Source: Blastocystis sp. Blastoise (lineage: Eukaryota; Protista; Bigyra: Opalinata). Taken from it: a DNA stretch of 64,000 nt. This document shows positions 25,720 to 38,517 of this stretch, in pieces (within the stretch, counting starts at the first letter, position 1; the number at the start of each line of letters is the position of its first letter). The position numbers were made by a program, and so were the translations under genes. The stretch spans positions 143,071 through 207,070 of the forward strand of contig JBBPEB010000012.1 in assembly GCA_039096225.1 (NCBI GenBank), written 5' to 3'. The notes under the pieces were generated by a model, which searched no databases, had not been told where the DNA came from, and saw nothing but the letters and a program-made list of their open reading frames with translations.

Positions 25720-26384
25720 TTGAAAATGGAAAAGTAATTCTCAAATTTTAAACCCCTATAAAACTTTCCATTAAAACTGTTAGTTGACCATTCGCAACAA
25801 GTCATAAAATAAGTGTAGACTCTTTATAAGCCTCAATAAGCTGTCAAATATAAATAGACTCATTTTATAGTTAAAAAAATATTCCCGTAAATACTTACAG
25901 AATTCAAAAATCTGGTCTGACTCTCCGACAGACAAAATAGGCTCGTCTATTTTTTTCACTGTAAAAAAATAAAAAAATATATTTTTTTGGCTGAATTTTG
26001 ATATTGACCATTAGAGGTCATATAAATTATTTTTATTGATGTTTATGACTATTAAACAACATTTTCTTCAAACATAACGATAAAATATTTTAAAACATTG
26101 ACCCCCATTTTCTTCAAAATTGTGACTTTAAAATTTAAAAAAACGGTTTTGATGTCGTATGACCTTCTAAGACAAGAAAATAATGTCAATTTTATTATAT
26201 AATGTGTCTTATATAGTTTTTAGAGTCTTATAAAAATTTTACTGAAAAAAAGTGTCCAAATTTTGTTAAAATTCACGATTTTTGCCTAAGTCGCTGAAGT
26301 CAGTCTCTTTTCATTGGTGGAACAAGCTTTGAACCAAAATCAACCAATTATATGAATTTAAAAATAAAAAAGTGCCTCATAGTG
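25720..26384 (-). repeat. CACTA long subterminal arm of element 2 (inverted homolog of 5404-6050)
   Basis: Shares the blocks listed for 5404-6050. Confidence 0.85.
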
Positions 26385-26842
26385 AGTGTTTTTAAAAAAA
26401 TATTTTATCAAAAGAAAGTCAAATAATTATATGAAATTCGTTAAATAACTGTATTAATGTTCATTTTTTGTGGTTTTTATAATTATTAGAGTATAAATAA
26501 TATTCATTTATAGAAGCTTTATAGACATGCTATACATATATAAAACGAATAAAATATATAAAGTATATATATATCCTCATAAAAAATATAAAATCAATAT
26601 TGACCTAAATTATTTAATATATAGATATAGAATATATTCATTTTATCCTTTTACATCTAAGGATTCTAGATAAAATCAATTATGAATCACAGTAGCTATA
26701 AATATCTTATACACAATATATATATATATAACAATAAAAAAAAAACATAAAACAAACAAACAAAAAATAATACACATAAAATAACAACTATAGCTTTTCA
26801 TACTGAATAGATCACTTTGTTTACAATTATTAACCAAGTGAT

Positions 26843-27251
26843 TTACCATAATAAATCAGCATCAAATTCATCACCAAGACTTTCTTCAGTTTTCTTCACT
26901 TCATAACGTTTCTTCTTTCTGTCTTCTTCTTCTTTGATCTTATCTCTGATTTCTTGTAACTTATTCTTACCTTTAGACTTCACATCGGATAATTTTATCT
27001 TATCACCAATTTGTGAAACTGCTTTGTATGCAGCAATTGATTCTATGTTCTTCCCTATTTCTTTTGTGACTTTTTTGTCTGTTATAGAAAAAGCTACAGC
27101 TTCTGGCTTCTTTGCAGCAATTACATATTTTTTAGGAGCATGAACCTTACGTGGTTTCTTTGTTTTCACTAATTTCTCCTTCCCTCCAGTATCCTTACCT
27201 CCCTATATTCAATAAAATCAATACAAACTATACTAATAATACTTGAGCCAT
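26843..27251 (-). CDS. UPF0390/DUF2462 (C19orf53, Leydig cell tumor 10 kDa protein-like) small basic protein, 2 exons
   Basis: A 9-nt first exon ATGGCTCAA|GT splices to TAG|GGAGGT, giving MAQGGKDT...PRKVHAPKKYVIAAKK...KKVTKEIGKNIESIAAYKA. The MAQG start and the IAPKK / I..IE...A.KA pattern fit this family. Confidence 0.7.
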
Positions 27252-27402
27252 CGATTATTGGGAAAAAAATAAAATAAATTTTTTATGAGAATTCATGAAT
27301 AATATTCAGTTTCCTTCGATCAAAACAAAAATAAACAAGAATATTTATTTTTTAATAAAACTTTTTATATTCTATTATTATTCTGCTTATACACTGATAG
27401 AA

Positions 27403-27528
27403 ATGGCATCTGAGATATATAGCTACTCATCCTACGTTGTTGGAATAGTTATATTAGTTATTGGAGTTATTATACCTGTAGGATACATGTATGCTAAAAC
27501 TTCTTCAAGAATACTAAGAAAAGATTGA
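27403..27528 (+). CDS. 41-aa single-pass membrane micropeptide
   Basis: MASEIYSYSSYVVGIVILVIGVIIPVGYMYAKTSSRILRKD*, with one hydrophobic helix and a basic tail. GC content is above the flanks and the start context is AAAATGG. Confidence 0.55.
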   Translation: MASEIYSYSSYVVGIVILVIGVIIPVGYMYAKTSSRILRKD

Positions 27529-27745
27529 GTTTCTTATATGAATTCTATTTAATTTTGCTTGTATTTTCTTATTTTTCACTTTTTATATTGTTTCAATGGT
27601 TTTATTTAAATGTAATATATGTTTTTGTGAATATATCTTTTCTAATAACTATAACAAAAGTATGATTTTGAACAATTAATCAACAATAACAAAAAACAGA
27701 GAACAATGAAATTCAAACATATATAGAATACTGTGATTATTTATT

Positions 27746-30190
27746 TTAATTATCATGAATGATACTATCCCAAATTTCATTCAATTTATTAGAATAACGA
27801 GGAACAATCCATGATAAAATGTCAATTTTCAAGAAATTTGAAGAACTCTTCCATTTTAATAGTAATTGCTTTTTATTATTAATTTTATTAGACATTAACA
27901 TTTGAATAAGGATCAGTACTTTTTTAGAAGTAGAATTATCAATAATAATCTTAGGATTATTTATATAATAAGGTAGTAATGATTTAAAAGGTTCAATAAT
28001 AGAATCAGTTAATAATAAATATGCAAACCATTTATAATAATCTTGACCTTCAGGATATTCAATCTATAAGATATATATATTTTATAAATTCATAATAAGA
28101 TATATATATATAGTGTTATAATTAATTTCATATTCATAATAGTTTCTTATATATATATATGTAATCAGTGATTCTTATAGGATAAAGTGAGAATTTTAAT
28201 TACGAATGGTTCATTCCCAGATTTAAAAGAATTATTAATTGAATCTCTTAGTATATATTATATACATATTCAATGAATACATTAATACTAGTAATTTTTT
28301 TTATTTATATATAGTTGCATATATTCACTCTAATATCTGTCAATTGATTGAACAATATAAACAAATATAAAATCCATATTTAAAAATACTTGCATTTGAT
28401 GAAGACAATTCTAAGTAATCTTATTTGTATTCTATATATATTTATTAGTTTTTTATATTCATTGTATATCATTTTCATTTTTTCAATAATAAATATGATT
28501 TCATTTTTAAAAGAATTTGTTTTCAGAATATGATATTAGTGTATCGTTTAATGTATAATAACAAAATATTTTGATGAAAAGTAAATTAAAATAATAATTT
28601 TTTATTTTTTTAATATTTATTTTGAAGCAAAGAAGAATAAAATCTTATGATATAGGGAATGATGGATTAATAAAGATCTTCTAAATACACATATAATAAC
28701 ATAATTATCTTTGATATTAACTCGCAAGTCATAAAATCTCATTATATCGTGATATTATACCATAATATATATATATATATATATTTTCAATGAAAATGTA
28801 TGCTTTTTATGTATTTCTATATACATGATGAAAAATAAATATCTGGTATATCGATAGAGAACTGTTAATTGAATATAGAATAGTTTTTCAAGTAAAGTAA
28901 AACAAAATAAAAACAATATATTTTCACTTTTTTTAGAGTTTCTATTGAACCAATTTTTTTTTAATGAACATTTACTATTGATGTATATATAACTTAATAT
29001 ATAAATCAAATTATACTATATATATCATGAAAGACAATATTAGCATGAAAAGTATGAAAACAAATGTAATAATGAAGGTAAAATACATATATATATTTAA
29101 AAAACTATTTTTTCTTTAAATAAATTCATTATATAGTATTAATAATGATATAATCAGTTACATTAATAACTAATAAATTGATGAATAAAATGGTTTTAAT
29201 TCAATATATCCCTTCATTGAATTGTCAAAAGATAAAAACAGTATGAACAATACCAGAATAATTGATTCACTGGGATATCATTAGTTATATATATGTAAAA
29301 CAAATAATAAAGTTTATTAATAATCATATTTACATTTAAATGACTTTTGAATCATATAGTTTTTTAGAATAAATATTCTTATTAACTAAATTAAGTAGAA
29401 TTCTTTATTAGTATGTATTACTTATAAGAATATTTATAAGATTATATTGTTCAAATATATCAAATACCTATTTGATTTCTTCATCATGTATAGTATATCT
29501 AGCATATTCTAAAATGAATAGAGTTTCTACTACAGACCTCATTCTTTTATTTTAATATTTCTACAGATATATAAAGATTTTAATAGCTACAAAAAAACTA
29601 ATAATTATCATGTTATTAATATATATTAAGATAATGGAATCATGACTATTTTAGGAGAGGATGTTATCATTTATATAATCATATCGTAATATACTTACTC
29701 TACACAGAAAGTCAAATAGTCTTATATAAAATCAACCAATAAATAGTCAATGAATAAAAATTTAAAAATACATAAATAATGAATGAAGTTTAAAGCTTCA
29801 TAGCAAGTAAAAGAATATTGATAGTATATACATCTAAAATTCCATTATATATAATGATTTCTTTTCAAATTGAAGCATACATAATAAAGTATTCAATTCT
29901 CTATAGTTTCTCTTTGTTCTTATATAATTCTATGTACCTGATTTTGTTTTAATCTTTGAAGCCGAAAAATAAAAATGTTTTTCAAATTAGCAGAAGATAC
30001 TAGCACAAATCTTTCTTGTGATTATCTAGATTCATCAAATAGGCATAAAGAGCATGATTCTATACTTAAACAGAGGTTAAATTAAATACTAATATACATG
30101 AATTCAAAAAATATCTCACTTCTAAAAGAAATATACATTTTATAGGACATAGAGAACTCAGATTTATACATTATCACATTCATCTGCCAT
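27746..30190 (-). pseudogene. Multi-exon gene of unknown function; clean terminal exon, disrupted internal exons
   Basis: The start reads MADECDN|GT at 30190. The last exon IEYPEGQDYYKWFAYLLLTD...EIWDSIIHDN* is open for ~105 codons. Internal exons contain in-frame stops in my manual reading. Confidence 0.45.
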
Positions 30191-30338
30191 TAGTAATTGA
30201 ATAAAACAACAAAAACAAATCGAATTCGATTTCTGAAACGGGTTTAAAAAACTTTCAGTTTGGTTGTGTTTCTTTTCTAATTTTTGTCGACACATACGTA
30301 TTTCTCCTTAGATAATAATAGAAGAGACTAGAATAATA

Positions 30339-31338
30339 ATGTTTCAATCAAATAAGGTTGTGGATGATACAGTTCCGTTAGTAGAAAAGCCTCAAGATAC
30401 AAGAATTACATGTGATGAGTTGATGCAAGGTGACTGTGTAGTTTCTGGTGATCTTGAAAAGATGGGCTATTATTGGAATATGAGTTGTCTTCCTCAATGG
30501 AAGCCACGATTCTGTGTTGTGAAAGGTGGATATTTATGGAAATATCCTCATAGACATGTATATATTGCATCTATATTGTATTGTTCAATTATTGTTTCAT
30601 TTTTATAGGGAACTGGATTCAAAGGGTATTTTCATCATCATATTTTTTATATAATTATACTTCTCTCATTATATAGTTGTCCAATTCCTTTAGAACATGT
30701 TCAATATGAAATTGTAGATTCCGTTCCTGAACGAAATGTTTTAAAAGTATTTTTTTTATTTTCAATAAGATAAATATATATATGTTTTTCTTCTTAGATA
30801 TATATATGTTTTTCTTCTTAGATATATATATGTTTTTCTTCTTAGATATATATATGTTTTTCTTCTTAGATATATATGTTTTTTTCTTCTTAGATATATA
30901 CATTATCAAAAGAATGGTATTTCAGATTTTCCAATGAACATGATTTAAATCATTGGATAGATTGTATGAAGAAGTATATTTATTATTATTATTATATATA
31001 TAGAATTTATTTATTATTATATATAAAGTTTGTTTATTATTATATATAAAGTTTGTTTATTATTTTATTATATATAGAGTATGTTTATACATATATATAG
31101 AGAACGAGAAATGATGATTAAAGTGAGAATGGGTCATCTTCACGTAGATTCTATTACTGAAAAGGCTATGAATGTATATATATTATAATATATAAATATT
31201 ATTATATATTATTATCTAAATAATATCTTGTTTCTATTTTATTATTCTATATAGATAGGAGATAGAGAATATGAAAAACGATTAGAACACATGAAGAAAC
31301 AAGAACCAGATGTCTCTCAAGTACCTCAACTCTTCTAA
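30339..31338 (+). CDS. PH-domain protein, multi-exon
   Basis: Spliced reading: SGDLEKMGYYW...QWKPRFCVVKGGYLWKY...FKGCPIPLE...YFRFSNEHDLNHWIDCMKK (PH C-terminal helix Trp), ending QVPQLF*. Confidence 0.82.
30774..30900 (+). repeat. 24-bp tandem repeat (x5) of a splice-acceptor sequence within a PH-gene intron
   Basis: The unit is GTTTTTCTTCTTAGATATATATAT, with AGs ending at 30797, 30821, 30845, 30869 and 30893. Confidence 0.9.
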
Positions 31339-32241
31339 TTCTTATCTGATTTATAAATAAATAAAGAATTCAATATATATATATTATATCATTTATGACT
31401 CAAAACTTTTTCAATATTATTTATTATTCAAATTCTTATGCACTATAATATATGTTTTATCTCTGTAGTTGACCTTTGTTTTTCATATATTCTGTACTAT
31501 GTGAAGTATATTTTGTTTTGTTCTTATGAATGGTAATAGAAGATTCTATTATTTGTCATGTAGTTTCTTCATGTTATTTTCACTTATATATATATATTTT
31601 TTAAATTAATAATAAAATTTATTACACTTTGAAATGAATAATATTTATAACTTATTTATAGGCATTCATTTTGAAATATATTCTTTATAGAGTCAGTGTA
31701 AGTATCGCATTTGCATTATCTTTTATTTGAGTATGAATAACTCACAAAATATATTATTTGTAAACCCTTTATATTTAAATAATCAACAAAAATGCACGTA
31801 AATAGAAGATTTTACAAAACTTTTTCATTTCATAGAATCAGATCGTTGTCTTCTATCAGCTGCTATATTTGAAAAACTCTTCTTTATTATTCTAAGTTAT
31901 CATATAAGTATAAATATGACGTTCTTCAAATCATTTGACAATTAAAGTCAATACAATTGACTAATTTTATAATAAATCCTATCTGGCAGCTTTCATATTA
32001 CAATATTCATAATAAGTGAGCAATAATACTTGTATATAAAAACAATTTTGAATGTCAAAATATTTGGATAAAAGAAATGATCATTGAGTTGAACAGAGAA
32101 AGTACACTGAAAGTTAAAATTGATTTTTATAATCATTTTATAAAATATGTTCAGTTGGGAATGTAAAAATAACATAATTCTAAAACTAAAGAAATTCTTT
32201 TCGTTTTCTAAATTTCGATTTTCTATTAAATTACTTTTGAA

Positions 32242-33623
32242 ATGTCTACTACTTCTGAAAAGCAATTACTCTTTTCTATCATCAAATTCCTTGAAGATTT
32301 ATCTTTAAAGAACTCGGATAACACTGAGTCTATGAATGTTTGTATCCAATGCTTACAAGATCAATTCAATATCGATGTTCATGATCCTGAACAAGTTCGT
32401 CAACTTGGTGTTTGTCCTAGCTTATTAGAACTCTTTACGAAAGTATATGCTTTTTAATATTAAATAGTCATACTTTTACTTACATATATAGAATTATCCT
32501 GCTCAAGAAAGTGCTAATCCTGAACTTGCTGGTATTTTTACATATCTAAAAAATCTTCTAATTATTATAAAATGAATAACACTTTTTATAACTATTTTCT
32601 AAATCTCTAAAACGTTTTTTAGCTTTTTTTAAATATTTAATTTTTTTTATAGTTATTTCTAACATTTGATATAATCTATAGAACTTGAATCGGATTCTCG
32701 TTTCCAACAATTCATTAATAATCTATTAAATAAAGGATACTTTAAAGGAACTGATATTCACGATTTTATTAACAAAGAAAGATTAGAAAAGGCTATATTG
32801 AAATTCAAAGAGAAATATGGTAATACTACTACTTCTCCTGTTTCTATACCTACTCAAAATGAAGAAAAAACTGTTGTATATATATATATGTTCATATTAT
32901 TATAAATAATTATATGATTTCATATTGAGTCATTATTATATTTTATGTTTTTTTAAAAAAGAAAATAAATTTATATATGATTATTTATATATAGACTGAA
33001 GAAGAAGAAAATCAAGCTGAATCTCTTAAAGAACAAGGTAAATATATTATATATATATATATTAACATAATATATATATAGGTAATAATTGTTTAGTTCA
33101 AAAAGATTATGATGCTGCTATTAACTGTTATTCTCGTGCTATTTATATAAATCCCCGTGGGGAAAAGTCTCATATTTATTATGGTAATAGAGCTGCTGCT
33201 TATATGTATTTAAAACAATATGATAGTGCTATTGAAGGTATATATATATATACATTATTATATGGTTTATATACTTTAAAAAAATGTTTTTTAATTAGTA
33301 TATAATATGTATATAATAAATAAATGATATATTAATATATATTATGAATAGATTGTAAGACTTCTATTGAGCTTTGTCCCTCTTATATACGTGCATATAC
33401 TCGTTTAGCTACTATATATATAACAAATAAAGATACTTCAAAAGCAAGAGAAATGTAAATATATATAGTTTTTATTTCTTATTAATAATAGTCTATATAT
33501 TATTATGGTGATAACTATATTCTATGTATTCTCTATATATAGTATTTCAAAAGGACTTGAAATTGATCCTAATAACAAAGGTCTTCTTGACGGTCTTCAA
33601 ACAATCAATAATCAAGTATAGAG

Positions 33624-33663
<40 letters not shown>

Positions 33664-34630
33664 AATATTTTGTGACTTCGATATATATTCTTTTTTAATT
33701 AATATTATATGATTTCAATATGTGTATATAATCTATCTTTCTATCAATATATATATTATTTCTGTATAGTCTTCTTCATCTGATACTAATCCTTCTTCTA
33801 ATGCTTCTTCAAATGCTTCTTCAGGACTTGATTTCTCCAATATTGCAGGCATGCTTAGAGACCCTAATGTACAACAAGTATATATATATATTATTATTAT
33901 TATTTCTTTATTTTTTATTATCTTTTTTTATGTTAAATAAAAGTTTATTTTCTATTTTATATATATTTTTAATTTTTCCTTTTCTATTATATAATACCAT
34001 TTAAAGAATATGTAATATATAAAATGTTTTTTTAAATATGTTTTATATAAAATCTTCAAGGAATTGCCTCCTCTTTATTTGGTGGGAACTCTTCTTCAAA
34101 TCCCTCTTCGAATCCCTCTTCAGAAAATACATCTACGAATAGCACTAATAATACTCCTAATAATAACATGAATACTCCTAATAATAACCCTAATAACACA
34201 AATAGTAACCCTCTTGGAGGTCTTTCAGGTCTTCTGAATAATCCTGAAGTCATGAATATGTATATATATATTTATATATAGTATCAAATATTTATTTATA
34301 AATATTAACAACATATATATATAACAAATATTCACAATATATATATTAACAAATATATATTTATAAATATTAAAAATATATATAATTCTATAAGAATAAA
34401 ATGAGTATACTATTAATCTACTATATATATAGGGCTCAGAATTTAATGAGAGATCCTCAAGCTATGAATAATCTTATGGGAACATTCGGATCTCTCTTTG
34501 GAAGTAGAGGAGGCAATAGTAATAATAATAATAATAGTATATCTATATATTATCTTATACTATATTTTGTTGTTTTATTTTCAATTAAAAATAACAAAAC
34601 TGATTTTTATTATATATAGGTAATAATTAA
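32242..34630 (+). CDS. SGTA: Small glutamine-rich TPR co-chaperone (SGTA/Sgt2), multi-exon
   Basis: N-terminal dimerisation domain KQLLFSIIKFL...ESMNVCIQCLQDQF. TPRs AESLKEQGN...YDAAINCYSRAI...YYGNRAAAY...AIEDCK...YIRAYTRL...GLEIDPNN. STI1-like C-terminus LLNNPEVMNM...LMRDPQAMNNLM. Confidence 0.9.
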
Positions 34631-35037
34631 ATTTTAATAAAGGAATACTATATATCTATTGGCTGTCTCTATTTGATATTATCATAAATATTTTTAAAAG
34701 CAATCATTATATTGTTTCATTTGCATTTATATCTATATATTTTTTTTATATACTGATTGACAACATATTTTAAATGAATGCATTGATATATACTTTTTCT
34801 TGTTTGGTATTTACTAAAGTAGTGAAACATATTACTTATAAAACACAGAAAAAATAATAACAAAAAACAAATAAAAAGAACGCAGCAAGTCGATTCATTA
34901 CTCTATTTAAAAAAAATGCTATAAGTAATATGACTTTATAATGACAGTTATTAAAACTGATATAAAAACATATAGCAGAAGAAATAAAATAGAAGATAAA
35001 TATATATATATATATAATTAAGTGTTTATATATATAT

Positions 35038-35648
35038 TTATAATGTTTGACCATATTTATTTTGATAATAAAGTCGAACAGTAAAAGCTAATATTGAACA
35101 ACATATTTGTATAAATAATAATATAAATGTTAATTTACGCTCGGTACAGGGTCCAATATAATATAAAACTAAGTTTATTAAAGTATGATTAATATATTTT
35201 GGTGGATGATATTCAGTAGCATTCAGTTTTTTTTCAGATTTATCAGATTTAGTATCATCTTCTTTATATATAGAAGGAATCAGCTTTTTCATTTTTGCAT
35301 CATATCTATAATTATATATATAATAATAATTATTATAATATTAATATTAATATATATATATATATACCTGGGTAAACGATGTCTAGGACAGGGAATCGAA
35401 AATGGTAAAAATGAAAGAAGCTATATATATTTATATAGATAATATGTAATATAAAACATAAAATATAAAACATAAAATATATAATATATATATATAATAT
35501 ATACTTGAGGAAGTGAATAGATAAAGTTAATCACTTGAGGAAGGAAGAAAAGAAGAAGAGATTTTGAAAAATGACCAAATATGCCAACCTTTATAGAGAA
35601 GAATTATATATAAAATAAATAATAAATATAATAAATATATAGAATAAA

Positions 35649-35684
<36 letters not shown>

Positions 35685-36260
35685 ACTGCAAAAGTGACTC
35701 CAGCTGTATATGTATAAACATCTCCCACGAAACATTTGGCGGGATAAGAATTATATGCAAATAATGCGAGAGATAATGCTAAAAATGGGAGTAAAATAAC
35801 CGCGGAAAAGAGATGATTTTGTACATAAGCTATTTAAATACATATATAGAATGTAACTAAAATTATATTAGATATAAACTGAATTATAATTATATTAACA
35901 ATATATAATAAATATAATGTAATAGACTATAAATGAATAAAAAAAACATACGACTTTCTCCTCCTATATATATTTCATAGAGATTCATAAGAAGTATAGA
36001 AGCAGCAATAATGATACTCTTTATATATATATAATAGTTATCATATTAATAGTTATATATATATATAAAGAGTTCTTACTTGTCCTACTTCTAATCCGTT
36101 GATTCCAGCGTAAATATTGATAGCATTAGTACAGAAAATAGATAACATTAATATATAAATATAGTAACAATAACCTATTAGAAATATCGAAAAATTAAAA
36201 ACAGTAAAAAAATGAAATAGATGTTATAAACAATTATGTAATAATAATAATAATAATAAT

Positions 36261-36310
<50 letters not shown>

Positions 36311-36490
36311 TTAAATCAATATAAGTGCCAAAGGGTTCTCCATCGACAGTAAAAAAGAAAGAGACAAATTTTCCAAGGAGAGAAACAGAAGTAGAAGAAG
36401 ATCCTAATAAATGACCTAAAAACCTATAGGTATATATTATATATTATTTATACATATATAACTATACAATCAAAGATAAAAAAAAATACA

Positions 36491-36569
<79 letters not shown>

Positions 36570-37208
36570 ATATACTCTGGAAGAACAATAATAGTAGATC
36601 CATGTTGAAATATATATCCTTGTACGAGAGGTAAACATGCTAAAGCAGGTAAAACTAGTTTATATCTCCAACGTAATTCAATTACATCATCTACAAATCC
36701 AAGTAATACCATAAAACATATAGATAAACATGCAGAAGAAAATGTAGCAATCTAAAAAGAAAAATAAAAAAATTATTCTAAATAATAATGTACATCTTCT
36801 TGGGTTTTACCATAAATAATTTGCATAATGATTATAATCAAAACAAGAACAGTACCAACGACAACACCTAATGATTCAGGACTATTTACAAAAAAAACAT
36901 AATTTATAAGGAATAGATAACAAAATACACATGAACATCTTCTCGATCAGTACCTTTTTTACAGAGGTCTTTACCCCATAAGCCACTCTTTTCTGTCATA
37001 GGCATAAAAACTGGAATTAGTTGATAAGTAACTAAACCACCATAACAAGAAAGAATAAGCGATATCAATATTCTGTACAAACTCTTCAAATATATATAAT
37101 ATAGATATTTCTAGATAAAGAAGATACTTCATCAAAATATAATTGACTAACTAGTACCAAAACAGGTATCATTATAAGAATTGACAGAATGAGTGCATCT
37201 TGTTTCAT
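35038..37208 (-). CDS. DPAGT1: UDP-GlcNAc:dolichyl-phosphate GlcNAc-1-phosphotransferase, multi-exon
   Basis: Motifs [72 protein letters not shown] and NHTLINL. Confidence 0.95.
36490..36570. repeat. (TAAA)n microsatellite in a DPAGT1 intron
   Basis: About 20 perfect copies are directly visible. Confidence 0.9.
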
Positions 37209-38517
37209 TTTTATAAATGAATATCACGTATAAGAAAAGAAAAGTAAGAAATAATGAAAAAACAAAATTAAAGTCCTTAACGGAAGTAGAACTTAACCCT
37301 ATCAAGAAAGTCATATTCAAAGAATTTTTTTTCTTTGCATTCAATGGAATATAATTTTAAAATTCTTTAAATATATATATGTAAATACTTCCAGTATATA
37401 GAGTCATTATGGGAAGATTTAATAGAAGTAAAATAAGATAGTTTCTTGGTAAATGAGTAGTTCATTTGAATCAAAAGCTATTATGATGCTTCTAGAAACT
37501 ATTGGAAGATGCTATAGAAGATATATGAACTTGATTATTATCTAATTAATGTGTTCAGTGATTGATATTACACATTTCTATGTCAAATAAGCGATTTTAT
37601 ATTTCAGAAAGTATTTACATAATTGTCATCAATGAGAAAAATATATGATTATTTCAGAAAATGTATTTAAATTTTCTGAAATCATTTTTTTTAAGTATTT
37701 TTCTACTAATTTTATTTTTTTTTTATATTGCAGATATCTTCTAGTTTCAATAGAAACTTTATGTATCTCATGTAAGCAAAATCTTAAAAAATGGATGGTA
37801 AACAGAATTTATACTTTTTTAAATTTACATATATATAGTTCTTTTAATATCATTTTTTTATATGGTATTACTAGTATAAACTCAACTAATTAGCATGAAC
37901 TTAATTTCTTCATAAAGAATTTTTATTTTAAATGCTTTATAAATCCAAATTGTTTATAGTTCATAAATATCATAGTATTCTAAAGTTAAAAAACAAAACA
38001 GAAAAATGAACGAGGACGATAAAAAAAGCTTAGATAAATTGAAAACGATATATATAATTAAGTTAAAAGTAAAATTAAATTAAGAAAAAGAAATATATGA
38101 TTTTTCTTTTGAAAAGATTTTTAGAAATTAAAAGAAAAATATATTAAAATTATCGATAAAATAAATTAACGCGAGCTCATAAAAGAAGAATGCTTAAATG
38201 ATACACAAGGAGAGCTCTTTAAAGGGTAAAAAGAAATTTTTAAAATTATAAACAATTAAAAGAAAATAAGATGTATATATATAGAAATATATATTAAATA
38301 AAATTTTTTACACGAAATGAAAAATAATTTGGTAAAATATATATATAAAAATAAAATATACTGTGTGCATATAAAAATATAATTTACACAACAAAAAGAA
38401 ATATAAAAAGAAATATATATAAAAAAATTTATAAAATATATAAAATATTAAAAAAAAAAATTAAAATATATAAAATTATAAAAAATAATTATAAATATGT
38501 ATTAAGTAAAAAAAAAA

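Larger units (their letters stand above)
13348..26384 (+). mobile_element. CACTA (CMC/EnSpm) transposon with transposase and cargo (element 2, 13037 bp)
   Basis: The left end is CACTATGAGGCA (13348) and the right end is TGCCTCATAGTG (ending 26384), a perfect 12-bp TIR. The 3-bp TSD is AGT (13345-13347 and 26385-26387). It contains an EnSpm-type transposase. Confidence 0.92.

Noticed and set aside
5404-26384. One 21-kb element with ~650-bp TIRs (Maverick/Polinton-like)
   Set aside because: The outer arms are only partly identical and the outer flanks differ (ATT vs AGT). Each half has its own matching TIR and TSD, and there are no polB, integrase or capsid motifs.
26750-26763. Blastocystis-type TGTTTGTT polyadenylation motif creating stop codons
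   Set aside because: The motif is present on the minus strand but ~80 nt downstream of a genomically encoded stop. All host genes modelled here have complete stop codons.
30774-30900. 24-bp repeats as a CRISPR array
   Set aside because: There are no spacers, the context is a eukaryotic intron, and no cas genes are present.
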